A stretch of 64,000 nt of DNA, taken from Vulcanimicrobiota bacterium (GTDB lineage Bacteria > Vulcanimicrobiota > Vulcanimicrobiia > Eremiobacterales > Eremiobacteraceae). Of this stretch, positions 41,686 to 52,132 are shown one piece after another (position 1 is the first letter of the stretch; every line of letters begins with the position of its first letter). The notes under the pieces were generated by a model, which worked only from the letters and a program-made list of their open reading frames with translations, made no database searches and was not told the DNA's origin. The DNA lies in NCBI GenBank assembly GCA_963805945.1, contig CAWDVP010000005.1, positions 1 to 64,000 on the forward strand, written 5' to 3'. The position numbers and the translations under genes are program-made.

Positions 41686-42759
41686 CTAATGCGGGATTAT
41701 CGGCGGCGGTGTCTTCACCTGTTGCGGCGGCATCGGCATCATATCCGACGCCTTGGGATGCACGCCTGGATCACTGCAGACCACAGCGCCGGCGTTATTG
41801 CCCGCGCACACGCGGTAGAGAAGATTGGCGTTGGTGAAGGCCATGATGTTGACGGCCATATGGCCGCTGCTCCCGGACGGCAAGATGACGGTGTACGCAC
41901 CGACTGCGGCCGGCAGTCGCGCGCCGACGTTGCTAAACCGCAGTGGGCTCACAAACGAGCTCTGGACTTGGAAGTAATCGGTGCCCTCGTCGCCTCGTGC
42001 CCAGCCGACGCTGACCTGCAGGTCCGACATACGAAGCGCATTGACCCACGCGGGCGCTTTCGGACCCGGACGAGTTCGTCCGATGGTGAGACTAACTGTG
42101 TTGGAAGCTCCTCGTGAGTCGTGCAACTGGACCGTATACACGCCCGGCTTGGATCTCAGGTCGTTGGGAACCCAAATATCCATGAAGCCATCACTGAACC
42201 AAGCCCTGCCGATAAGGGCGCCTTCGCCGCCTATCGTCGCAGTCGTGTCGTCCGGCATGTCGGTCCCTCGGACTCGCACGAGGTAGTCGAATGTGCCCGT
42301 CAGACCGACGTCGCGTTGATTCGGGCTCACTGAGCTGAGCGTGGGAGGTCCACTCGGTAGTGCCATCAGCGGCACGGTGAAAATATTGCCCGGAACGCCG
42401 CGCAAGACGACCTGAAATTCCAGTCCTCCGTACACGGTCTGTGAGAAGTTGACGCACTGTAACTCGGCGCGGAGCTCGCCCGACGTCCAGCCGGTCATGT
42501 TCGTGGGCGCGAATGAACCGCCGTTGTGCCGCACCATGATCCGGACGTCGGAGTTGATCGTGTAGCCGGTGGTGTCCGGCGCGATGAGACCGGAGCCGTA
42601 CAGCGTCACGCTGCGCGAGGATGAATATGGGCCGAGGCACACATACAGGCTCTTCGGATCGATGGAGGTGATGTTCGGATTCGCAGCTACAGGCGCAAGC
42701 CCGGCGAGACAGCATAGGGCGACGAGCGCCACAGACAGGCATCGAGCGGAGGATGGCAT
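41686..42759 (-). CDS. Secreted protein with IPT/TIG-like and FN3-like domains
   Basis: Signal peptide; PNITSIDP, PTLSSVSP, V.GTD, SNTVSLTI; W...YRVCA.N. Confidence 0.6.
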   Translation of the reverse strand: MPSSARCLSVALVALCCLAGLAPVAANPNITSIDPKSLYVCLGPYSSSRSVTLYGSGLIAPDTTGYTINSDVRIMVRHNGGSFAPTNMTGWTSGELRAELQCVNFSQTVYGGLEFQVVLRGVPGNIFTVPLMALPSGPPTLSSVSPNQRDVGLTGTFDYLVRVRGTDMPDDTTATIGGEGALIGRAWFSDGFMDIWVPNDLRSKPGVYTVQLHDSRGASNTVSLTIGRTRPGPKAPAWVNALRMSDLQVSVGWARGDEGTDYFQVQSSFVSPLRFSNVGARLPAAVGAYTVILPSGSSGHMAVNIMAFTNANLLYRVCAGNNAGAVVCSDPGVHPKASDMMPMPPQQVKTPPPIIPH

Positions 42760-42779
42760 GGCGGGACGCTCCTCTGCGG

Positions 42780-43637
42780 CTAGTAGTCGACGGGACGCAG
42801 ATAGAATTCGTTGATCGCGGTGGTCGAGAGCAGTGCGGTGGTTGCGAGGTGGCGCTTCCAGTGCGTCGAGTCCACGCGCCGCTTCACCAACTCGACTTCC
42901 GAGGCGGGATAGCCGGCCGCGATGATGTCCTCGACGCGATAGCCGCGTAAGAGGCGGTTGAGGATCTTGTCGGCGCGCGCGTAGGTGATGCCGAGGTCTT
43001 CTTCATCCGTCTGGCCGCGGATGAGATCGGCGGTCGCGGGTTTGTCGACGATCGCCGCCGGCACGCCGAGGTGCCGCGCGAGCGCCCACACCTGCGTCTT
43101 GAAGAGGTCGCCGATCGGGTTGATCGGCGGCGAGTCGTCGCCGTGCCAGGTGAAGTAGCCGAACATGCGCTCCGTCTTGTTGCCGGTGCCGATCGGCAGG
43201 CCGTCGATCTTGGCGGATTGGTCGAAGAGCACGATCATGCGCATGCGCGCCATGACGTTGCCGCGCCGCAGCGGCGAGGCGTCCGGTTCTTTGTTGAGAT
43301 AGCCGTCGACCGCGTCGCTGATGTCTATGACGCGATCCTCGATGCCGGTGTCCTTGATGACGAGCGCGCCGTGTTCGAAGCTCTCGCTGCTCGATGTGCG
43401 ATAGGGCATGCGTACGCCGAGCACGTGCTCGGGTCCCAGCGCGCGGGCGCACAAATATGCCACGACGGCGGAGTCCACGCCGCCCGACACGCCGACCACC
43501 GCGTTTTCGATGCCGCGCCGGCGCACGAGTTCGTCGCGCAAGAAATCCACCAGCCAGCGCTCGGCGAGCGCGGGGTCGATGACGGGCGCGTCGTCGCTCT
43601 TCGGCGCGTGGACGACGGCGAAACGTGCGGGGCTCAT
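42780..43637 (-). CDS. nadE: NAD+ synthase (synthetase subunit)
   Basis: GVSGGVDS, GNVMARMRM, GTGNKTE, PIGDLFKT, PATADL, QTDE. Confidence 0.95.
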   Translation of the reverse strand: MSPARFAVVHAPKSDDAPVIDPALAERWLVDFLRDELVRRRGIENAVVGVSGGVDSAVVAYLCARALGPEHVLGVRMPYRTSSSESFEHGALVIKDTGIEDRVIDISDAVDGYLNKEPDASPLRRGNVMARMRMIVLFDQSAKIDGLPIGTGNKTERMFGYFTWHGDDSPPINPIGDLFKTQVWALARHLGVPAAIVDKPATADLIRGQTDEEDLGITYARADKILNRLLRGYRVEDIIAAGYPASEVELVKRRVDSTHWKRHLATTALLSTTAINEFYLRPVDY

Positions 43638-44641
43638 CGGCGTCTCTTGGCGGGTTTCTTGGTTTTGATGGCTTTCTTCGTCTTGGCGGCGCCCTTGATA
43701 GCGGCCGGCTTCTTCTTCGCCACGCCGTTGACGTGCGCGACGCGGCGCGTCGGCGTTTGGTAATCGAGCAGTGCGGGAATCAGCTCGGGCAGGTTGGCCT
43801 CGAGATCGCCGAGCGCGGGCAGCGCGGCGCGCGCCACCGCGACGTCTTCGAGATCGACTTGCGTGCGCACGATCGCGTTGCCGGAGAACGGCGCCTCGGC
43901 GCGCAGGTCGCCGAACGGCCCGACGAGGCGCGACGCGCCGGTGAAGCCTTTGCCGCCTTCGAAGCCTGTCAGTCCGGCGTAGGCGATGAACACGCCATGT
44001 TCGGCGGCGGCGACGCGGATGATCTCGCGCCACATGCGCACGTTGTCGGGTTCGAAATCTTCCATGCCGCGGCCGGGCGAGGCGCTGGGGATATAGATGA
44101 TCTGCGCGCCGCGCAACGCGGCGACGGTGGTCGCGATCGAATGGCAGGCGTCCTCACAGATGAGGATCGACGCGCGGCCATGCGCGGTGTCGAAGACGTC
44201 GACGCTGCGGCCGCGCGAGACGAAGCGCTCCTCGTCGAAGACGCCGTAGGTCGGGAGAAACAACTTGCGATGGACGTGGCGGATGCGCGGCTCGCTGCCG
44301 AGGGTCGCGTAGAGCGCGCTGTTGTAGAGCGTGTCCTCGGCGTCTCGCTCGTAGAAGCCGAGCACGATGTCGATGTTCGTCTTCTTCGGCAGCTGCGGCT
44401 TGGCGAGCTGCTGCAGGCGTTTGAGCGCCTCGCGTGCGGTGAGGCTGACGTCGCGGACGCCGCCTTCGACGAAGTAGCCCGATAGTGAGGCTTCCGGGAA
44501 GACGACCACATCCGGCATGCCGCCGCGATCCGCTGCCAGGGCTTGGAGCGCCTCGCCGACGGCGCGCAGATTCGCCTCGACGTCGCCCTTGCGCGGGGCG
44601 AACTGGACGAGCGCGAGCTCGAATTTCTTTGAGCGCGGCAT
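43634..44641 (-). CDS. Nitrilase-family carbon-nitrogen hydrolase (probable glutaminase partner of NadE)
   Basis: VFPE, HRKLFLPTYGVFDEERF, ICED (E-K-C triad); ATGA-coupled to nadE. Confidence 0.88.
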   Translation of the reverse strand: MPRSKKFELALVQFAPRKGDVEANLRAVGEALQALAADRGGMPDVVVFPEASLSGYFVEGGVRDVSLTAREALKRLQQLAKPQLPKKTNIDIVLGFYERDAEDTLYNSALYATLGSEPRIRHVHRKLFLPTYGVFDEERFVSRGRSVDVFDTAHGRASILICEDACHSIATTVAALRGAQIIYIPSASPGRGMEDFEPDNVRMWREIIRVAAAEHGVFIAYAGLTGFEGGKGFTGASRLVGPFGDLRAEAPFSGNAIVRTQVDLEDVAVARAALPALGDLEANLPELIPALLDYQTPTRRVAHVNGVAKKKPAAIKGAAKTKKAIKTKKPAKRRR

Positions 44642-44744
44642 GTTGTGACGATGCTTCGCGCTTCGCGTGCGGGTGCCCCGCGGCGCCGAGGGGAAGGAAC
44701 TTCCGTCGCTGCGGGTTCGTTATCGTACCGTGGTGGCAAGGCCA

Positions 44745-44772
44745 ATGTAGGGGCGCATCTTTAGGTGCGCCC
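44745..44772 (+). repeat. REP-like hairpin (ATGTAG + 9-bp stem + TTTA loop)
   Basis: ATGTAG GGGCGCATC TTTA GGTGCGCCC. Confidence 0.7.
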
Positions 44773-44813
44773 AAGGCACCATCCGCGGATGGTCGCAAGG
44801 GGGCAAAGGGCGC

Positions 44814-45827
44814 ATGAGAATCGGCAAAGGGACTCTGTTCGGACTGTTGATCGCGGGGCCAGTGTTGTGGCTCGCGGCCACGTCCGCCGGCGCTGTGCCG
44901 GGCCGCGCTATCGACATCGGGCCGATCGCCCTCGGCTCTCCGACGGCGACGCCTAGTTCGACCCCCACACCCACGCCGACCCCAACGCCGACGCCGCACC
45001 CGACGCCCACGCCGACGCCAGTGGCGACACCTACTCCGACCCCGTCGCCGACCGCGCCGCCCACTGCTCCGCCGACCGCATCGCCGACACCCACCCCGAC
45101 GCCGGCCCCGACGGCACCACCCACTCCGACGCCGACGCCTGCGCCGACCCTGCATCCGCGCACCGCGCCCTCAACGCCGACGCCCACGCCGTCACCGACA
45201 CCGCCGCCAACGCCGACGCCGCCAAGCGGCGCGCAACGCGTGGTGCTCCAGCCGCCGATGAATTCGCTCAACAAGAGCTACGTCAATTCGGCGTGCCAGC
45301 AGAACGAATCGGTGACCACGTTGCAGCCTTCGTTCGGCGAACAGCTCGTCGGGTGGCTGACCTCAGGCACGCCGCGCTGCGGCACCGTGTACCGTGCCGC
45401 CGTCTGGTTCCGCGATATCCCGATGAAGGTGACCGTCGAGCAGGCGATCCTCACGTTCTACGTCTCGCGCAGCTCCTCGAGCTCGCAAGGCCATCCGCTG
45501 AGCGGCAACGTGTCGTGCGCGGCGCAACTGCAAGTCGCCAGCGCGATGTGGATGAACAATCCGAACAGTCCGACGGCGTTGTTCGGCACACCGTATCAGA
45601 CGTTCCCCGCGGACCAGCCCGGCGATACCGAGCGCTTGGGTCCGTTCTCGATCAGCAACGGCATGTTCGTCGCGATCGACGTGACGCAAGCCGTGCAGCA
45701 ATGGTCCAACGGCGCGCGCCCGAACTACGGCTTCGTGCTCGTGCCCGATCACGCCGATTTCTCGGCCACGCAGGGGCGCTGCATGAGCCTGTACCGGGGC
45801 TTCACGCTGACCGTCGACTCGAAGTAG
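44814..45827 (+). CDS. Secreted Pro-Thr linker protein with DNRLRE/CBM96-like C-terminal domain
   Basis: Signal peptide; about 95-aa PT repeat; [21 protein letters not shown]. Confidence 0.7.
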   Translation: MRIGKGTLFGLLIAGPVLWLAATSAGAVPGRAIDIGPIALGSPTATPSSTPTPTPTPTPTPHPTPTPTPVATPTPTPSPTAPPTAPPTASPTPTPTPAPTAPPTPTPTPAPTLHPRTAPSTPTPTPSPTPPPTPTPPSGAQRVVLQPPMNSLNKSYVNSACQQNESVTTLQPSFGEQLVGWLTSGTPRCGTVYRAAVWFRDIPMKVTVEQAILTFYVSRSSSSSQGHPLSGNVSCAAQLQVASAMWMNNPNSPTALFGTPYQTFPADQPGDTERLGPFSISNGMFVAIDVTQAVQQWSNGARPNYGFVLVPDHADFSATQGRCMSLYRGFTLTVDSK

Positions 45828-45980
45828 CAGCCGACTCTTCCCGGGCTTTTCGTCCCGCTTTTTGGCGCCTTCAGGCTATCCCCCGACGGGGATGGCCTGG
45901 GGACGGTTTGTGGGGAAAACGGCTGGATTGCCCATGTGGTGGGGCTTTGCCATTGTACGAACGGCCGTTCGAAAATTCTC

Positions 45981-46009
45981 TTGAAATGACCACATTTACG
46001 CTATATAAT
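45981..46009 (+). promoter_or_regulatory. Sigma70-type promoter of nrdJ
   Basis: TTGAAA (45981-45986), 17 nt spacer, TATAAT (46004-46009). Confidence 0.75.
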
Positions 46010-46045
46010 GGGGTCCATTAGGGCGTCTACCACTATAGGTAGGCC
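45998..46045 (+). promoter_or_regulatory. Tandem NrdR boxes
   Basis: ACGCTATATAATGGGG (45998) and CCACTATAGGTAGGCC (46030), 32 bp apart, resembling acaCwAtATaTwGtg; upstream of an RNR gene. Confidence 0.7.
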
Positions 46046-46141
46046 CGGACAGGCGTTCGTCGAACTATTGTGCGCTAGTCTGCAGACTAGCCGATTCTGA
46101 GTCTCCGCGCGAGCCTAGAGAGAGAAAGGACACCTACTTCC

Positions 46142-49100
46142 ATGAAGATCCAGCGTCGCTTCACCCAACCCGGCGTCGACCCGCTCGACACCATCGAATG
46201 GGATCACCGCTCTTCCGTCATCCGCGAACCAGACGGCACCGTGGTCTTCGAGATGCACGACATGGAAGTGCCCAAGAGCTGGTCGCAAGTCGCGTCGGAC
46301 ATCTTGGCGCAGAAGTATTTCCGCAGGGCCGGAGTACCGAAGCCCGATGGCACGGTCGGTGGGGAGACCTCAGCACGCCAGGTGATGCGCCGGCTCGCAG
46401 GCTGTTGGACCGATTGGGGACGCCGCTACAAGTATTTCGACACCGAGGAAGACGCCGCCGCGTTCGATGCCGAGATCACGCACATGCTGATCAATCAGAT
46501 GGCAGCGCCGAACTCGCCGCAATGGTTCAACACGGGGCTCGCGTACGCATATGGCATCACGGGGCCGGCGCAAGGCCATTATTTCGTCGATCCGGACACG
46601 CAAGAATTGACGCGCGCGAAAGATTCGTACACGCATCCGCAGCCCCATGCGTGCTTCATCCAATCCGTTGATGACGATCTCGTCAACGATAATGGCATCA
46701 TGGACTTGTGGGTCCGCGAAGCGCGTCTGTTCAAATATGGTTCAGGAACGGGCACCAACTTCTCGAACCTGCGCGCCGAGGGCGAGAAGCTTGCCGGAGG
46801 CGGCACGTCGAGCGGCCTGATGTCTTTTTTGCGTGTCGGCGACCGCGCGGCTGGTGCCATCAAGAGCGGCGGCACGACGCGCCGCGCGGCGAAGATGGTC
46901 ATCTTGGACATGGACCATCCGGACATCGAGAAGTTCATCAATTGGAAGGTCGAGGAAGAGAAAAAGGTAGCCGCACTGATCGCGGCCGGCTATGCGAGCT
47001 CGTACGAGGGCGAAGCATACCAGACCGTCTCCGGCCAGAACTCCAATAATTCCGTGCGCGTGCCGGATAGATTTATCGACGCCGTGCGCAAGGACGGCCC
47101 GTGGGATCTGATATGGCGTCGCGACAAGTCTGTAGCACGTACGGTGCGTGCGCGCGATCTGTGGGATCAGATCGCCCGCGCCGCATGGAGCTGCGCCGAT
47201 CCGGGCGTCCAGTACGACGACATCATCAACTCGTGGCACACCTGCCCGGCCGGCGGCCGCATCCGCGCGACAAATCCGTGCTCCGAATATGTCTTCCTTG
47301 ATGACACAGCGTGTTTCGCTCCCGAGACGAAGATAAGCACGTTTGATGGGGCCCACGAGATTGAGAGACTTTACAAGAAGCAGCAGAGCGGAGAGCCTAT
47401 TTTCGTGAGGACCGCCATCAAGGCAGAACACGATGACACTCGAGATTCGACGAAAGTGCGGCCTGCGCTCATAACCAAGATCGGTGAGAAGCCTGTCTTC
47501 CGGATGACCCTAGGTAACGGTCGCTCGATTCGTGTCACAGCCGACCACAAGTTCTTGACCGAAAAACGGGGTTGGCAGAGGCTGGATCAATTGGCGATCG
47601 GTCACGACAGGGTTCAGACCGCCTCTGTCAGTGGATTGGAGTTACGTGAGCCGGTGCTGACGGCATCAGGGACGCCTGGTCCGCTGGCGCGTGGCGTAGA
47701 GCTCGATCGCAAATTGGCAGAGATCTTGCGCACTGACTATACATCGGCCTTGGTTAACGAAATCGTGCCGGCAGGTGTGGCGTGCGTCTACGATGTCACC
47801 GAGCCTGAAACGCACTCAGTGATCGCCGAAGGCATGATCGCGCACAATTGCAACTTGGCGTCGATCAACCTCATGAAGTTCTACGACGCCGAGAAGAACC
47901 AAGTCGACGTCGAGAGCTACCTGCACGCGACGCGTCTCTGGACGATCGTACTCGAGATCTCTGTCCTCATGGCGCAGTTCCCGAGCCCGCAGATCGCGCG
48001 CAAGTCCTATGAATACCGCACGCTGGGCTTGGGCTATGCCAACCTCGGCACGCTGCTCATGGTCTCCGGCATCCCCTACGACTCGCCGCGCGCGCTCGCG
48101 GTGACGGGCGCCCTCTCTGCGATTCTCACCGGCGAATCGTACGCGACGTCGGCGGAGATGGCGCGCGACCTCGGCCCGTTCCCGCGCTTCAAGGACAACG
48201 CCGACGCGATGCTGCGCGTCATGCGCAATCACCGTCGCGCCGCGTACAACGCCATCGCCGCCGAGTACGAGGAACTCTCGGTGGTCCCGATGGGCATCGA
48301 CCCGTCGCTGTGCCCGCCGTATCTTCTCGCCGCGGCTCGCGAGTCATGGGATAACGCCGTCGCGCTCGGCGAGCAGCACGGCTATCGCAACGCTCAAGCC
48401 ACTTGTATCGCGCCGACCGGAACCATAGGTTTGGTCATGTCGTGCGACACGACCGGCATCGAGCCCGACTTCGCGCTCGTGAAGTTCAAGAAGCTCGCCG
48501 GGGGCGGCTACATGAAGATCATGAACGAGTCCATCCCGTTGGCGCTCAAGAACCTCGACTACACGCAGGCGCAGATCGACGACATCGTGCGCTACGCGAA
48601 AGGCTCCGGCTCGCTCTACGGCGCGCCGTACGTCAATGCCGAGACCCTCAAGGCGCACGGTTTCAACGACGACGACATCGCCAAGATCGAGAAGGCGTTG
48701 CCGGCCGCGTTCGAGATCGGCTTCGCGTTCAACCAGTACACGTTGGGCGAGCCGACGATGCAGCGCCTCGGCCTCACCTCCGAGCAGTACAACGATGCCG
48801 ACTTCGAGCTGCTGCGCACGCTCGGCTTCTCGCGTGAGGAGATCGAGACCGCCAACAACTACATCTGCGGCACCATGACCATCGAGGGCGCGCCTCATCT
48901 CAAGGAAGAGCACTACGCCGTCTTCGACTGTGCCAACAAGTGCGGCAAGCTCGGCCGGCGCTTTATCCACCACATGGGCCACGTCCGCATGATGGCGAGC
49001 GCGCAGCCGTTCATCAGCGGCGCGATCAGCAAGACCATCAACATGCCCAACGAGGCCACGGTCGACGAGATCAAAGAAGCCTACATGCGCTCGTGGGAGC

Positions 49101-50080
49101 TCGGGCTCAAGGCGATCGCGTTGTATCGCGACGGCTCCAAGCTCTCGCAGCCGCTCTCGAACAAGAGTTCCGACAAGACCGCGCAAGACGACGACAAACA
49201 GCTCGCGCTATCGGAGGAGTTCGCCAAGCAACTGGAAGCGGCGCGTAAGCAGCGCGCCGAAGAGCTGCGGCCGGACGAGATCCTCGCTGCCGCACAGCGC
49301 ATCCTCGCCAACGCCACCTCGACCGACTTCAAGCGGCAGTTCGCCAAAGCGATCGAGCGCAACCGGCTGCCGGCGAAGCGTCGCGGCTGGACGCAGAAAG
49401 CGAAGATCTCCGGCCACACGGTCTTCCTGCGCACCGGCGAGTACGCGGACGGCACGTTGGGCGAGATCTTCGTCGATCTGCACAAAGAAGGCGCGTCGTT
49501 CCGAAGCCTTATGAATTGCTTTGCTATAGCGGTGTCCATCGGATTGCAGTACGGCGTGCCGCTCGAGGAGTTCGTCGACAAGTTCGTGTTCACGCGCTTC
49601 GAGCCGAACGGCTTCGTCGATCATCCGAACATCAAGCATGTCACGAGCGTCATCGACTACATCTTCCGCGTGCTCGGCATGGAGTATCTCGGCCGCACCG
49701 ACTTCGTGCAGGTCAAGCCGGAAGATCGCGACGTCGACGCCACCAATCACGACGAGATCGCGCAAGCGGAGTTCGATGCACGGGTCGCCGCGCTGCAAGC
49801 CACCGAGGACACGGCGGAAAACCACGTCGCGGCCGAACCGCCGCGTCGCACTCCCGGCGGCAAGAACGGCAATGGCTCCGGCCCAGCCGCGAAGGCCGCT
49901 TACGCGCTACCCGCCGACACCGAGCTCGCCGCACACGTGGCGGCTGCCCGATCGCGCGAGGCGCAGATGGCATCAATGATGGGCGACGCGCCGCTCTGCG
50001 ACGTGTGCGGCGCGATCACGCGGCGCAACGGCGCGTGCTACGTGTGCGACAGCTGCGGTCGCAGCATGGGCTGCTCCTAA
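46142..50080 (+). CDS. nrdJ: Class II adenosylcobalamin-dependent ribonucleotide reductase, intein-containing
   Basis: [46 protein letters not shown]-like domain, C-terminal CxxC-CxxC-GCS. Confidence 0.95.
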   Translation: MKIQRRFTQPGVDPLDTIEWDHRSSVIREPDGTVVFEMHDMEVPKSWSQVASDILAQKYFRRAGVPKPDGTVGGETSARQVMRRLAGCWTDWGRRYKYFDTEEDAAAFDAEITHMLINQMAAPNSPQWFNTGLAYAYGITGPAQGHYFVDPDTQELTRAKDSYTHPQPHACFIQSVDDDLVNDNGIMDLWVREARLFKYGSGTGTNFSNLRAEGEKLAGGGTSSGLMSFLRVGDRAAGAIKSGGTTRRAAKMVILDMDHPDIEKFINWKVEEEKKVAALIAAGYASSYEGEAYQTVSGQNSNNSVRVPDRFIDAVRKDGPWDLIWRRDKSVARTVRARDLWDQIARAAWSCADPGVQYDDIINSWHTCPAGGRIRATNPCSEYVFLDDTACFAPETKISTFDGAHEIERLYKKQQSGEPIFVRTAIKAEHDDTRDSTKVRPALITKIGEKPVFRMTLGNGRSIRVTADHKFLTEKRGWQRLDQLAIGHDRVQTASVSGLELREPVLTASGTPGPLARGVELDRKLAEILRTDYTSALVNEIVPAGVACVYDVTEPETHSVIAEGMIAHNCNLASINLMKFYDAEKNQVDVESYLHATRLWTIVLEISVLMAQFPSPQIARKSYEYRTLGLGYANLGTLLMVSGIPYDSPRALAVTGALSAILTGESYATSAEMARDLGPFPRFKDNADAMLRVMRNHRRAAYNAIAAEYEELSVVPMGIDPSLCPPYLLAAARESWDNAVALGEQHGYRNAQATCIAPTGTIGLVMSCDTTGIEPDFALVKFKKLAGGGYMKIMNESIPLALKNLDYTQAQIDDIVRYAKGSGSLYGAPYVNAETLKAHGFNDDDIAKIEKALPAAFEIGFAFNQYTLGEPTMQRLGLTSEQYNDADFELLRTLGFSREEIETANNYICGTMTIEGAPHLKEEHYAVFDCANKCGKLGRRFIHHMGHVRMMASAQPFISGAISKTINMPNEATVDEIKEAYMRSWELGLKAIALYRDGSKLSQPLSNKSSDKTAQDDDKQLALSEEFAKQLEAARKQRAEELRPDEILAAAQRILANATSTDFKRQFAKAIERNRLPAKRRGWTQKAKISGHTVFLRTGEYADGTLGEIFVDLHKEGASFRSLMNCFAIAVSIGLQYGVPLEEFVDKFVFTRFEPNGFVDHPNIKHVTSVIDYIFRVLGMEYLGRTDFVQVKPEDRDVDATNHDEIAQAEFDARVAALQATEDTAENHVAAEPPRRTPGGKNGNGSGPAAKAAYALPADTELAAHVAAARSREAQMASMMGDAPLCDVCGAITRRNGACYVCDSCGRSMGCS
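47312..47848 (+). mobile_element. Mini-intein (179 aa, no homing endonuclease) in NrdJ
   Basis: Begins CFAPETKI; block [10 protein letters not shown]; block F VYDVTEP; ends AHN followed by extein Cys; removal restores DDTA-CNLAS. Confidence 0.93.
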
Positions 50081-50095
50081 GAGTCCAGGAACATG

Positions 50096-50132
50096 GGCGA
50101 CGGCGTGAAACCCGCCGTCGCCTTTTTCTTTT
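50096..50132 (+). terminator. Rho-independent terminator after nrdJ
   Basis: GGCGACGGCG-loop-CGCCGTCGCC followed by TTTTTCTTTT. Confidence 0.85.
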
Positions 50133-50183
50133 CAAGCGCTTTCAGCAGGAAGAAGCAGGCCGTGCCAAGGAGGGCCACAACCC

Positions 50184-50957
50184 TTGTTCACTTCTGCTGA
50201 TTCCTACGAACGCTTCATGGGCCGCTGGAGCCGCCTGCTCGCGCCGCAATTCGTCGAGTTCGCAGGCGTGGCCGACGGCCAGGACGTTCTCGACGTCGGC
50301 TGCGGCACCGGTTCGCTTTCTCAAGCGATCCTCGACGCGGCACCGAATGCGCGCATCAGCGGCATCGATCCGGCACCCGCTTTCATCGCCTTCGCGACGG
50401 AACACGTGCCCGGCGCTCGCTTCGAGGTCGGTGACGCGCAGCATCTGCCCTACGGCGCCCACGTCTTCGACGCCGCGCTCGCACTCCTGGTCTTCAATTT
50501 CTTCGACGATCCCAAGAAGGCGCTGCTCGAGATGCGCCGGGTGACGCGCCCGGGCGGTTGCATCGCCGCGGTGGTATGGGACCACGTCGCGGGCATGCCC
50601 ATGCTGCGCACATGTTGGGAAGCGGCCGAAACGATCGACCCGAGCTTGCGCGATTCCGAACAAGAGCCCCAGCCGACACTCGACGTGGACAAGATGGAAG
50701 CATTGTGGACCGGCGCGGATCTGCGCGAAGTCAAACGCAGCGCACTGACCATCACCATGCGCTTCGCCGCGTTCGACGATTTCTGGCTGCCCTTCACGCA
50801 AGGCCAGGGACCCGCCGGCGCATACGTCCGCAGCCTAACGCCCGAGCTCCACTACAAGCTCCAGACCGAGCTGCGCTCGCGCATCCTCAAAGGCGGTGAC
50901 GACGGACCCTTCGCGCTGGACGCGCGTGCCTGGGCCGTGCGCGGATTGGCGCCCTAA
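50184..50957 (+). CDS. Class I SAM-dependent methyltransferase
   Basis: YERFMGRWS, VLDVGCGTG, GDAQ.LP, RVTRPGG. Confidence 0.9.
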   Translation: MFTSADSYERFMGRWSRLLAPQFVEFAGVADGQDVLDVGCGTGSLSQAILDAAPNARISGIDPAPAFIAFATEHVPGARFEVGDAQHLPYGAHVFDAALALLVFNFFDDPKKALLEMRRVTRPGGCIAAVVWDHVAGMPMLRTCWEAAETIDPSLRDSEQEPQPTLDVDKMEALWTGADLREVKRSALTITMRFAAFDDFWLPFTQGQGPAGAYVRSLTPELHYKLQTELRSRILKGGDDGPFALDARAWAVRGLAP

Positions 50958-50960
50958 GAC

Positions 50961-51010
50961 CCGAGCTTCGCTCTGGCACTACAGCGGTCGAATAAATTCG
51001 ACCGCTACAT
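50961..51010 (-). repeat. Two tandem REP-like hairpins
   Basis: Minus strand: ATGTAG CGGTCGAA TTTA TTCGACCG, then TGTAG TGCCAGAGC GAA GCTCGG; between convergent genes. Confidence 0.6.
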
Positions 51011-51017
51011 CACCGCG

Positions 51018-51446
51018 CTACTTCTTCAGCGTCGCCGAGAGCGTGATCGGCACAGCCGACAACGCGACCGACACCGGACAACCCTTCTTGGCGTCCTCGG
51101 CGATGGTCTTGAACTGCTCCTCGCTCACGCCGGGCACGACCGCTTCCATCACCAGATCGATGCGCGCGATCCGGAAACCGGCCGGCGTCGACTCCAGGTT
51201 GACGCTCGCGGTCGTCGCCACGCTCGTCGGCGGGAACCCGGCGCGCGTCAGCGCGCCCGACGTCGCCATGCTGAAACACCCCGCGTGTGCGGCGGCGATC
51301 AGCTCTTCGGGATTCGTCCCCTTGCCCTCGCCGAAGCGCGAATCGAACGAATACGCGCCGTCGAAGGCGCCTCCGCCGAAGCGCATGTGACCATGGCCGC
51401 CCTTGAGATCGCCTTCCCAGCGAGCATCAGCTTTTCGTACGGGCAT
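51018..51446 (-). CDS. osmC: OsmC family peroxiredoxin
   Basis: A.WEG.LK.G.G, SRF, TNPEELIAAAHAGCFSMA, AK.GCPVS. Confidence 0.93.
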   Translation of the reverse strand: MPVRKADARWEGDLKGGHGHMRFGGGAFDGAYSFDSRFGEGKGTNPEELIAAAHAGCFSMATSGALTRAGFPPTSVATTASVNLESTPAGFRIARIDLVMEAVVPGVSEEQFKTIAEDAKKGCPVSVALSAVPITLSATLKK

Positions 51447-51447
51447 A

Positions 51448-52131
51448 TCAACCTCCAGATGTGGTGCTCGCCGCATCGCGCCACACGTAGCGCTCGTCGA
51501 CGAAGAAATCCCCCTTGGGGAAATGGACCACCGCGCTGCGCGACACCGGCAGACCTGTCACCGTCGAGATGAACAGCGTCTCCTCGGCCGCCTTCTTCTG
51601 CGGCGTCCAGTCGATGATATATGAGATGCCGACCGTGCCGGCGTCAGGTGCCTTCGCCCAGGTGAAATCATGTGCAATCACGGCCGTGCGCGGCGAAGAC
51701 TCCGGCAAATCGCCGGTGATCAGAGACGAGGCATCGTGCATGAAGCCCAGCCGGAAGAGCAAGAACGTGACGCTGTCGGCCAGCGCTTTTGGCGCGGGCT
51801 GCGACGTCAGCTTCGCGGTGTTCAACGTGAGCCCGGACGGCGTCGCGCGCAAGATCGCATTGCCTTGCTGTCCGTTGAACGTCCCAAGCACATGTATCGC
51901 CGTCACCGCGGCCGAGAGCTTCAGATCGGCATGCAGGTCGGCGCTGATGAGGCCATGCGCCTTACCCGTCCAGTCGCCATCCCATCGGCCGAGCGCGGTG
52001 AAGCGGTCTTCAGCCGCTTGATAGTACTGCGCCGGCGTTTGGCCGGCGGCGGGCGCGAACGGCTGATCCGAGGTTGCCGGCGACGCAGGCGCGGTCGCGA
52101 CCAGCATCGCGACCAGGGCGGCGAGATTCAC
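51448..52131 (-). CDS. Hypothetical secreted protein
   Basis: Signal-like N-terminus; tightly packed in operon. Confidence 0.65.
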   Translation of the reverse strand: MNLAALVAMLVATAPASPATSDQPFAPAAGQTPAQYYQAAEDRFTALGRWDGDWTGKAHGLISADLHADLKLSAAVTAIHVLGTFNGQQGNAILRATPSGLTLNTAKLTSQPAPKALADSVTFLLFRLGFMHDASSLITGDLPESSPRTAVIAHDFTWAKAPDAGTVGISYIIDWTPQKKAAEETLFISTVTGLPVSRSAVVHFPKGDFFVDERYVWRDAASTTSGG

Positions 52132-52132
52132 A

